A stretch of 62,950 nucleotides of DNA, counting the filler, from Sphacelaria rigidula (Eukaryota): assembly GCA_964200075.2 (NCBI GenBank). It is 8 parts of 8 records of this genome, joined end to end, with 100 filler letters (N's around TTAATTAATTAA, not from the genome) between each part and the next. Parts side by side here need not be neighbours in the genome. Positions count along the whole stretch, not along the records: positions 1 to 7,782 come from CAXNAA020013471.1; positions 7,883 to 15,664 come from CAXNAA020013472.1; 6 more parts are not named here. One strand, given 5' to 3'. This document shows, one piece after another, positions 1-9,807 of this stretch. The translations under genes were made by a program, and so were the position numbers. The notes beneath the pieces were generated by a model that ran no database searches, had not been told where the DNA came from, and saw only the letters and a program-made list of their open reading frames with translations. Numbering within the stretch: position 1 is the first letter of the stretch; every line of letters begins with the position of its first letter.

Positions 1-46
<46 letters not shown>

Positions 47-2168
47 CGGGGGGGGCTATCATAGCATCAACTGTAAATAGAAACGTATCATGAACATGCA
101 TAATATGGCACACTGAACTGTTATACATAACAATAGATATACCTCCGACATTTCCCGATAGAGTTTCAAGTACTTTTCGCGCGTTCAGTCAATTTGCCGC
201 TGCCGTTATAACATGGCGTTCTCGTACGCGATGCAAACAAACGTTCACGAAGACGGTGGATTACCACCTCCAGCATTGAACGCTCTTTGTTTACCGTTCC
301 TAATCCCACAAAAGGTGGTGATACGCGTGTCGTTCTCGCATGGATTTGATGCTCCAGCTCTCACTCACACCATCTTATCACGATTTGGTCCAATATACAT
401 AACCAACACAGAGCAGCGCAATTTTACACCCCAAAGGGTTCAGCATGCCACAGAAGACGACTCTCACTTTTACCAAACTACTGCGTGATTGACCAAGAGA
501 CAGCAAACATATCACACATTCAGACCAAAAACAGCCTGGAATACACGTGCCACAAAACCAACCAGACCTGGACAGACATGTCGCAAGGTCGAAACAAAAC
601 CGGCCTGAGCGAAATATCGTCACGATCTAGGCGTCGGCGTACTTCAAAATTGTGTTGTTGATCACAGGCAGTTGCACACACACTATTTACACGTAGTCAG
701 AGCCCAAAACCACTCAGACGCTCACATGACCACCCCACCGCATCGACGTGCTGCCGGATTCGCATGCAATATCTCGTCTGCGAAACTCGCGTGAATCCAC
801 TCCGTTCACGTGACCACAGCTGGATCTGTGGGGGGTCAGCTAACGTTCGACAATCAATCAAACCAATCAACCCACTCATACCCAGACACCGAGACAAATA
901 AACACCCTACTAGCAAAGACAACGCAAATATACATTTCACAGAATATACATTATTTTGATACATGTGCATCCTGCTAACACAGATGGTCTAAATATTCCC
1001 TGCACGAACCACCAAGATGTTCCGAAATGTGGCTTCAGCGCAAGGGGTTGCTTAGGTGTTTTGATTTTTTCCCGGGTTTAGGGTGAAACTTGGGCGGCTA
1101 CGTGTTGTGTACAACACCAGCACATGAACACAACGGTCATTACCGTCTTTTACTCTCACATCTGGTCAAGTTGGAGTGATGTTGAACAAAGTGTGAACAA
1201 ATACAGATTTCAACTCTTTTGAAAAAAAATGATCTACATGAAGGCACGTCATGGGATCGACCCCGGTACCGGTCGGCAGATACAAACATGATTTTATATC
1301 GGAATCTTGAACGACTGAAGCGGAACAGACTGACAAGGAACGAAAAAGACATGAACCGAGCAGAGAAGAACGAACTCCTAACGTGGCCAATGCGCGAACC
1401 CGCGGGGAGCATGTTCATCTGAAGTGAGAGCTACGAAGTCTGTCAGTCAAAACGTCTCCGGACGAGAGGCTCGCGAAATAGAAGAGCACAAGAAGTACAT
1501 TGCACCACCACGCAGCTAAATACATCAGCGTTTGCTTGTGTTTCAACATATGCGTACCCTACGCGTTTTACTCTCAACGTTCCATCATTCCTCGAGCTCT
1601 GCACATATGCGTGAGGTGCTCACATGTAAGGATTCGATACTGTGTACGATCTACCGGCCCTTTAAACCCGACACCATTGTCAGTCGACAACTACCGTTCA
1701 AACATTTCCGATTCCAATATGACTCTACAATGGTGCCTGCAGCACAATATCAAGACCTCCACCTTGAAGAAGCGAACATTTGACATTGAAAGAAGTGAGC
1801 CAAACGCGAACAGAGTAAAAAATCCTCTCCTTGAGCAAAATGCATGGTGTGTGATCCATCCCCACATGGCGCGTCAGTCCATTCTCCGGAACCCATAGCC
1901 TCTCGCAAGCCGACCCATTCAAGGTTCATATTCCGCTTCCAATCGATCGTGCCGGAAATCGAACCTCCTCCAAGTCGTTCAGGATACGGGCATCCGGCCT
2001 TTAAACAAGTGATCATGCCGCCCTTACTGCTTAAAAGCCCTAATATTCGCTCCTTGAACATGCCATGGCAGAAGATAACGTGGAGCAGTCATGGTCTGAC
2101 GGGATGGGCTAGGGTTGGCGCTTTTGTGAAGTGTACCCGTGGAAATGCGAAACTTGTGCTGTGGTAGT

Positions 2169-2297
2169 TTAAAACTCGAAGACGCTCGCCGCCCAGCGTC
2201 CTCCGCAGATATCCGTAGAATCACCGGGACACTCAAAGGTGCAGCCTTCGGAGAGGCCATTCTTATCGTATTCCGTAGAAGCATCACCGCACCAGCA
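2169..2297 (-). CDS. WSC gene terminal exon (CWCGDASTEYDKNG...CGGRWAASVFEF*)
   Basis: CAG acceptor, 129 nt, ends in TAA. Confidence 0.9.
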   Translation of the reverse strand, partial: CWCGDASTEYDKNGLSEGCTFECPGDSTDICGGRWAASVFEF

Positions 2298-5200
2298 CTG
2301 CGAGGTAAGAACGGACAGGGCCAAAACGTGCACAGTAATCCAGATGTGACTTGTTGCATGATACTGACGAGTGAAAGGAGGGACAATAACATCAAAGAAC
2401 GCGGGCACGTCGCCAACTCCTCGACTCCCCTACTTTCGCGATAGTGATGTGTTTGAGTGGGCTGCACAGTTGGACGACAGCCAACGTATCACATATGCAC
2501 TCACCTCTGTACCATACTGCGTTCCAAAGAAGGCGTAGCCACTGCATGCCTCCTCGCATAGCTGAAATGTTGGCGGCAATATAATGCGGCAATCGATGGG
2601 CACGGCGTAAATTAGTGGATGACATCAGAAATGGGGGCACGGTACTGCTTTTTTTGGCAAAAATGTATAGATGCAATCACAGGTATCGCGGCGATCACGC
2701 AAATGTGATTTTATTGACCGCAAGCCGGTATCACGAAAAAACAGTCACCGCGCTCTGTGACGTTAGCAAGATGCGAAGGTGACATTGATGCGAACCGAGG
2801 CAGGGACGGACACGAAACACCCGGCATTTGTGTTTTAGTCTTTAGTTACAGTGTACACATTGATTAGAGTGAGGAGCTGCATGGGCCTCCCCCTGCCCGC
2901 TGCAGCCCTCAACGTCATTGGCAATAATAGGTTTACGCTTTGCACCATGCTAGACTTCGGACTGCTAGTACGCTTGTCATTCTGCGCCCTCGCGGACATG
3001 CAGAGACTCTCCGCATTGTATCCGCAGGATGTTTGTATTCACCTCGGTAGTCATGGCCGCGGATTCCACGGCGACCCTTTCAGTGAAAATGCGGTCGTTG
3101 CTCTCGTCCTTGTAGCATCCGAGGTAGGTCGGTCTGATGGGCATCGAGTCGCCGTAGTATACACTAATGGCGTTGCGCCCACCGCAGATATCGCTGTCTT
3201 CGCCGGCACACTTCATTGTGCATGCGCTGGATTCACCGAGACGGTCAAAGTCATCTCCATGGACGCCGCAGAAGCACTGCAAGTCACGCGTTATTAAAGG
3301 ATCGGGACACATGGACAGGGTGTGTTCTATAATACGGTGTCGAGCCCGCATGCAGGAGAACAAGCGGTGGCTGTTGGTGCGGTCAAGCCAAGCTCAGAGA
3401 GGGTGTACACGGTTCTTAACGGAATTCGCTGCTCAATGGACGGGAAAGAGAAAAGGTCGTCATATGCGACACCAGCGCATCCGAGGCCACTGACTCACCG
3501 ACTCGGTTCAGCCTACGATAGGCCGTCTTGAAACGCAACGTGCGAGGACAGTAGGCGCATAGATACATGATGCACTCTAGACTTATTCGCTTGTTATTTA
3601 CCCTCGAAGGAAGAGCAACCTGATCCACCAGTTTTTCCGCAAGCAGGTTCGTGTGCCATTCATCCCAAGGCTCGGCGAGACTGCCGCGTGGCCATGTGAC
3701 GTAGGCGGGTCGAGCCTTCGCAAGCTTTGCTCAAGGCAGTGTGGGTGTCCGACCTCCCAAACCCCCCTGTCAATTTGGCGCAGTGTACGCGTCGCCCTAC
3801 TTATGATCTTTGGGCCTAGGAGAATAACTTGCTTCCCTCCATCTTGCAGCCAGATTCGTTCAAGGTGTAGGGCTGGATGGCAATGTACCAGGTAGTATTT
3901 GTCAATCGAATATATCTACCGCTTATTTTGTGGAGGATGCCTGATGTTTGGTATTTACTATAGACAACAACACTCATGCACCTCCTGTTTATCGAGAACA
4001 AGACGAGTTAGCCCAACTGCGTGCGCTGTCGTTGTCCGTCTTGGAAACAAACTGAAATGGGAAGACGGAACAACTAATCATCAGATGGGTAATACGAGAA
4101 ACACCAGCGAGGTTGCTCACCTCCTTTCCGAATTCTGTTCCGTAGAAGGGAGCACCGCTACAGAATGTCGCGCAGACCTGTATTCGGCGATCACACATAA
4201 ATGGAGAATACATCAACTGATGGAGTGCATGGCTTCGCGGAGGTAATGTGTTAACGAGGATGTTGTAGCAAGCAACTACGAGGCCCGGAGCTGTGTTTTT
4301 CTTACCAGTGGTAATATACGTGGTTGGAGTACGTCGTGCTCTGTACTTGATGACGAACGCCGGTCAGCTGGATTCATAGGCCTGATGTGAGAAGGCTGAA
4401 TGGATATCTTTGGTCATTACAGCTGCTGTCAAACGGACAAAACGTGGGCAGAGGTTGCCTGTGGAATCCCGCGTCACTTCTATTGACCATCGACTTACCA
4501 CCAAGCTCATGGTAGGCTCATTCTTGAGGGATTGCCCGGTGAGCACGCGATCGCTACCGCTATCTACGAAGCACCCTGCGTACCCCGACGGGGGATTGGT
4601 AAACTCGTACACGCTGATAGCGTTTCGTCCGCCACACGTCTCGCTGGCGTCGCCTGAGCAGTCCATGTTGCACGTGGCGTCACCGAGGCGATCGGGGTCG
4701 TCCGATGTCACTCCGCAGAAGCACTGTAGGGTAAAGGCAGGCAAGACAGGAGTTGAACCTGTTGAGAGAGGTGCTACACTAGCGTCCGGAGCATGGAACC
4801 TGGACCATCGGCACCAGATGCATGAGTGGAAAACGAGCATCTCGACTATTCTTGTCGGTTCGAGCCGTGACGATGCCCAAGTACGACAGCATGGGAGAAC
4901 CGAGAACTGGGTGCGTTACATTTTGGGGCTACCGGCGAATCAGCTGAACACCGCTGTACGTGTTACACGCATGTCCGATTCACCGATCGTAATACCTGGA
5001 TCTCGGAATCTTCGCGACGGGTTACGTCACACCATGACACCCAGATTCTGCACGACAAATGATACCTCAGCAGTGCTTACCTCGGTGCCGAACTCCGTCC
5101 CAAAGAACGCATATCCGTCGCAAGCCTCGGCACACGCCTATAGTGATAGTCGCGAGGGGTACCAAGCGCGTCGTGTGAGTGATGGGCGAACGTGAGTGTC

Positions 5201-7360
5201 AGCAAGACGTCTCAACTGGAGTGCCGAGAGTACCAACTCTCGTCCCTAGTTTCCCCTCCCATTGATGACGAGTATGAGGGATTATTCCCGACGACACAAG
5301 GCGGTTAAAGGACAGTATCTCATGGTGAAGAAGCCCGGATTGGTGTGCAGCAATGGTTTTCAAAGTGAGTGCGGCGACACCTATTTCTGAAGGTTTGATA
5401 TTCATAGATCAAACCGCATGCGTTTCCTCACATCTATGGTCAGTTCAGCATCGTTCCCCGATGCTGCTATGGAGAGCACACGGTCAACGACCGAGTCCGC
5501 GAAGCACCCCAGGTAGGTATATTCTTCCTCCTCCGGATCCGAGGCTGGCGCGGGGGTGGGTACGGGCGTGGGCTCAGGGGTTGAATCACCGAAGTACACG
5601 CTGATAGCGCTACGACCACCGCACGTCGTGCTGTCGTCACCGGAGCACGCCATTGTGCAGGCTGTAGATTCGCCGAGACGGTCGAAATCATCACCACTTG
5701 CACCGCAGAAGCACTGTTGAAGCGATTGGTGGCAACCGGGAGGGGAGGAAACATGGGTTGAGTTAGTGCGATCGAGGACATTGAAAGACACAGTATGAAG
5801 CAGCGAACCACACGTTCTCAACCTGAGAGTCCCGGGGTATGTCACTGGGTGTTGCCACGCGAAGCAATCCGTGGATGTGGATGTACGTTTCGCGTCAGGA
5901 TAACATTTTCGAGAGCGCCATTGTGGTCGCCGGGCGCTTCTCGGCGTATTCCATTATGCACACCACATCAAGTGGTTCACCACCTTGCCTTTAGCGATGC
6001 ACGTCGACGCTCAGCACCAGGTTTGTCAGTCTGGTTCTTGAACAGCTATGATGACATAAGCTGCCGTTTTTGGCTATGGTTGCTGTATACGGACATTCAC
6101 ATGTCTGGAGATGGCCATGCTACCGTACGGCTTGCACGTCTGGGCCGAAATCTTCCTCATTCAGGACTTCCAATAGTTAGGAGTCACAAATGATTGTGGG
6201 GTAGGGCATGCCCGTTCTCAATTTCACTCGAGATTTCCCTAGTCTGTTGAAATGCCAACCGTGGCGTGCTCCAACATATGCCATAAGTGTATTTTCAAAT
6301 GGGGTAGAGGTATCCTAAGAAATCAAAGGTCGGAAAATATATCTGTGAACCCCTACCGAAGCACCACTCGAGCCAAAAGCTCTTGGCATCAGCAGGTAGT
6401 TGGCGTGTGAGTAGCCGTGGCTGACAGCAGGCAGGGAAGGGCGCTTGTCACCTATCGTCTCTCACCTCTTTTCCAAACTGGGTTCCGTAGAAGGGAGCAT
6501 TTTTGCACAATTCCGCGCACACCTGTGTGTCCACAGCGAGACAAGCAAGTGTATGAGACGGTGTAGGTCTACATCGGAAGAGAGCGGCCAGCTATATGTG
6601 AGCCCGAGATCAGGACGAGTATTGTCATTATTATTACATAACTTTTGCGCATGGTTTGAGCCAAGGTTGCTATACTCAGTGCCAGACAGTGGGTATCTGC
6701 CTACGTGTACGTTTGTATGCAGCTGCACGCCGTAAGTGCACGGTCTGTGGCACAGTCTTGTGTTGCTATGCAACCTTCTCCTGGGATATGAACCTCAATC
6801 TAGAATATCCATTTGCGATATGACATCAATCTGGGGCATCCACTTCGTATGTGAACCCACGAGATGGACGTCCCAGAGTACCCCCATGTTCCACATAGAC
6901 AGTGATATTCGAGGCAGACGTTTTATGATATCCCACAAAAGGTTGCGTGATATTGAAACGCTCCCCAGCGCCGATGTTTTGGCTGAACGTTTCCATCAAT
7001 GAGTGCACAGTAGAAGGTACACACCGCTGGAGCATTCTTGTGCAGCATGTTTATCTCTCTCGCTTTATACATACGGGTACTGATTTCCCTCACCTCCGCG
7101 GTCATATCGTTGTCCACGAAGGAGCTACCGGTGAGCACACGGTCCGTTACATTGTCCATGAAGCACCCTGCATATCCCGTGTACTCGTACACGCTAATTG
7201 CTAGGCGACCGCCGCAAGTTTCATTTGCATCACCAGAGCAGCTCATGGTGCATGTGGCTTCCCCGAGGCTGTCGAAATCGTCAGACGCTGGCCCGCAGTA
7301 GCACTCTTTGCCAAACTGGGTGCCGAAGTACGCAGATCCCTCACACAGAGTGGCACAGGA
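2169..7360 (-). CDS. Multi-WSC-domain protein gene, 5'-truncated; 9 exons, 454 aa visible, 4 complete plus 1 partial WSC domain
   Basis: Exons 7094-7360, 6466-6522, 5432-5713, 5081-5137, 4499-4723, 4121-4177, 3043-3276, 2505-2561 and 2169-2297 join through GT..AG phase-0 introns into one stop-free frame ending in TAA. The WSC pattern Y-x-GC[FY]-x-D..R / C-x3-C..[FY]GT[QE][FY]G-x-EC[FWY]CG / C-x3-C-x-G..CGG..SV[YF] repeats through it. Confidence 0.93.
2505..2561 (-). CDS. WSC gene 57-nt exon (LCEEACSGYAFFGTQYGTE)
   Basis: CAG acceptor, GTGAG donor. Confidence 0.9.
3043..3276 (-). CDS. WSC gene exon (78 codons, CFCGVHGDDFDRLG...AMTTE)
   Basis: CAG acceptor, GTGAA donor, 234 nt. Confidence 0.92.
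4121..4177 (-). CDS. WSC gene 57-nt exon (VCATFCSGAPFYGTEFGKE)
   Basis: CAG acceptor, GTGAG donor. Confidence 0.9.
4499..4723 (-). CDS. WSC gene exon (75 codons, CFCGVTSDDPDRLG...TMSLV)
   Basis: CAG acceptor, GTAAG donor, 225 nt. Confidence 0.92.
5081..5137 (-). CDS. WSC gene 57-nt exon (ACAEACDGYAFFGTEFGTE)
   Basis: TAG acceptor, GTAAG donor. Confidence 0.9.
5432..5713 (-). CDS. WSC gene exon (94 codons, CFCGASGDDFDRLG...ELTID) with Pro/Thr linker
   Basis: CAG acceptor, GTGAG donor, 282 nt; linker TPEPTPVPTPAPASDPEEEE lies between the two half-domains. Confidence 0.92.
6466..6522 (-). CDS. WSC gene 57-nt exon (VCAELCKNAPFYGTQFGKE)
   Basis: CAG acceptor, GTGAG donor; central WSC motif. 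Confidence 0.9.
7094..7360 (-). CDS. WSC gene exon (89 codons, SCATLCEGSAYFGTQFGKECYCG...DMTAE)
   Basis: AAG acceptor, GTGAG donor, 267 nt; C-terminal part of one WSC domain plus the start of the next. Confidence 0.88.
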
Positions 7361-7680
7361 CTTTGCAGCGTAACAGTACCAGCGGGACGCGCGAGCAACG
7401 CGGACACGCGGCAAATGAGGCGATCAGGAGTATTATGGCCATCGAAAGTGCGTTCTTGGTGACCGAGCAAGGGCACGACGTGGATGTTGTTCCCCAAGAG
7501 TCGTGCAATGGGGGATTGTTCCTCATCATTTCACGTAACTTAATGTTCTCAGCCCCGCATACTTACCCGAGACACCAAGGTTTAGCCCGTTTCAATCCAC
7601 GAGACCAGCGCCTACATCATATTTCAACAAAGACTTTCCACCTCGCGAGCAGACACTCTCTGATTCCTTCAACCTGTGGC

Positions 7681-7782
7681 CGGCACTTTCTACGATAGCC
7701 CCCCCCCCAAAAAAAAGTGCATGAGTTTGGGGGGCAAAATCTTCACGTTAAAAGAAATGGGAAAAGCCGAGCACAACGAGAA
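7681..7782 (-). mobile_element. End of a MITE-A family copy, truncated by the contig end
   Basis: CGGCACTTTCTACGATAGCCCCCC...GGCAAAATCTTCACG is the reverse complement of the right end of the MITE at 13283-13579. Confidence 0.7.
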
Positions 7783-7882
7783 NNNNNNNNNNNNNNNNNN
7801 NNNNNNNNNNNNNNNNNNNNNNNNNNTTAATTAATTAANNNNNNNNNNNNNNNNNNNNNNNNNNNNNNNNNNNNNNNNNNNN
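7783..7882. other. Artificial contig linker
   Basis: N44-TTAATTAATTAA-N44, stops in all six frames. Confidence 0.98.
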
Positions 7883-8649
7883 ATGAGCCTCTTTTTTCGT
7901 GCAACCAAATACCCCCCCCCTATCGTAGGATGACTCATTCGGTGATTCGACAGGTGGCCCGCGATGTAATTTCGTTCGCGCAAAGTTCAGTACAAGCCTG
8001 GGCTCCTCCAAAACGTGTTGGAACTCAACGGGCAACGGATCAAACGTTCAGACCCATTTTACAAAATCCAACGGGCGCTTCGGATAACGGATCATAATGA
8101 AGGGGTGTAAATGACCCGATCGCGGGTACTATTCCAACTGACGAGGAGAAAAATACCGTGAAAAAGTTACAGACACAATCGATTTTCTCACATGCCCTGT
8201 GACCTCCAGCCCCCCGCCCCTCCTCGCTTCCCTTATATCCAAGCTCTTCCCATGATCATGCGATGAAGGTATGGGCACATGAGGGTTGATTTTGAGGATG
8301 CGCAGGTATTATTGGTACACTGTGTAGCTGCAGCTGCTCCTTTGTGTTTCGCCGAGTGTGCTTTTTTCAGATCGATTCCTGCTCGGTGTTTTCGCATCGG
8401 CCACAAGCTCATGTGATGTTGAGTCCTTCGCCGCTCAGGGTAGATTTCGCAGGTCCTTTTCTCAGCTCTTTGTCGACTCTTACCATGTACATTTCGCTTT
8501 TTATTGCCTGGCATGTCATGAACAGATGAGCTGCAGTTAATTCCCACGGCTTGCTGTAGTCGCTTGAGTGCGTGTGGTCTCGCGCGGGATCTGTTTAGCC
8601 TGCAGCCAGGCTGCACGGGGTCTCCGAATCGGTTGTGTAATAGTGTTCT

Positions 8650-9030
8650 GGACATAATTTGTATGCGAGAAGGCATCAGTCCACCACCAACCGACGGCTG
8701 TGTTGGTCCTTGGCACAGTCACCGTGCGTTCGTCCATTGCAGCGCTTTTTTTAATAACGTCAATGTCCCATCGCTCGTTTCCGTCCGTTGCCAATACTTC
8801 TGTGCTGCGCAGGTACAACAGACAAACGAGGGGACGTCGCCGATCACGGAGCATGTTCTCGTCGACTAGCGCGGTACATACCGCTGGTGCAGGGCGAACA
8901 TGAAGACAACGCTGGGACATCATTTGACAAGCTGACGAAGGCGTTTCACGCGGTAAGAGATCCTTCATGGTCCAAATAAGCTTGTAGGAGAGAATTTCGT
9001 GTGGCCCGTATCTGAGCCATACCTTTGTAT
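8650..9030 (-). pseudogene. Degraded RTE-type LINE ORF2 fragment
   Basis: Frame-switching peptides WTMKD.., EVLATDGNE, KKALQW and GGGLMPSRI..MSRTL resemble the RTE C-terminal region seen more clearly at 38270-38911. Boundaries approximate. Confidence 0.4.
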
Positions 9031-9032
9031 CG

Positions 9033-9250
9033 ATGCGTGTGTTGTCGTCCCATCTATTCTGCACGCCAGTCTACACCTTTCGTTATATGTGTGCGCATCA
9101 GCCGGGGTCACACAGGAGGAGGGTCAACACAGGAGCTTTTTCTTTCTTAGTTGTTATTAGTTCCCCACCTTCCTTCTGCGGGGCTTGCGTTTATTTTTTA
9201 TTGCGAAAGGGGTTCAGCAGCGCCTTTCTGTCATGAAGACTCATTTTATC
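9033..9250. repeat. Dispersed retroposon-like repeat (repeat R)
   Basis: Homologous over about 210 nt to 25192-25412 (CCCATCTATTCTG..CAGCCGGGGTCACACAGGAGGA.GGTCAACACAGGAG..CCACCTTCCTTCTGCGG). Confidence 0.8.
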
Positions 9251-9276
9251 CTGTTGCCATGCCGCTTCAGACCCGT

Positions 9277-9791
9277 TGTCGAGTCTGGCTATCTGTATTC
9301 GTGGCTATTCGTATTTAGAGTATTCTAAGACCCAAGACTGCAGGTCTGTTCAGAGTCGGTCAGGTACGAGTGTGAATCTGCACATGGCAGAGACGAGGAT
9401 GGCTCGAGTGTGCCCTTGTGCGAGCGAGACCCACCCTCTCTCACTACCATCTTCTACCCTCTTCTAGCAAAGAAGTCTAACATCGGTAAGACTGATTGAC
9501 TGAGCGTGAGATTGGATTGATTGATTGAATACTGGAAGGCAGAGGCCAGATAATGAAGAAGAAGACAATACTGCGCGTGAGACCTTACCCCGGCACACTG
9601 TGTGAGGAGCTGGTGCTGAACAGTACGATCTGTCGATTGTCCACTTTGCCTGTAAGCCTGTGCTTGCTATAACAGCGCCGCAACTCCATTGCATTTGGCG
9701 TCGACGGTAGGACGCAAGTGCAAAAAGAAAAAGCTCCTTAGCCAAACGTAAAAGTCTTGCTTGCGCTTCTGACCGGCGCCGCACATCGACA
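9277..9791 (+). mobile_element. 5' LTR (515 bp) of LTR element 1
   Basis: Inverted termini TGTCGA (9277) ... TCGACA (9791), followed 2 nt later by a TGG-initiated PBS-like sequence and then gag. Confidence 0.75.
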
Positions 9792-9793
9792 AT

Positions 9794-9807
9794 TGGTCAC
9801 GACCGCG
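9794..9807 (+). promoter_or_regulatory. Putative primer-binding site TGGTCACGACCGCG
   Basis: TGG (complement of tRNA CCA) lies 2 nt after the LTR-terminal CA. Confidence 0.6.

Noticed and set aside
1-55. Poly-G as a functional G-quadruplex (also 15841-15861, 31342-31387, 47086-47110)
   Set aside because: At or near contig ends, where homopolymer length is unreliable.
4410-5195. 261-aa plus-strand ORF and similar ORFs at 2851 and 7038
   Set aside because: Antisense shadows of WSC exons with no recognisable protein features.
7827-7838. TTAATTAATTAA recurring about every 7.88 kb as a biological periodic element
   Set aside because: Always centred in 88 Ns; it is a six-frame-stop linker. ORFs containing X runs are artefacts.
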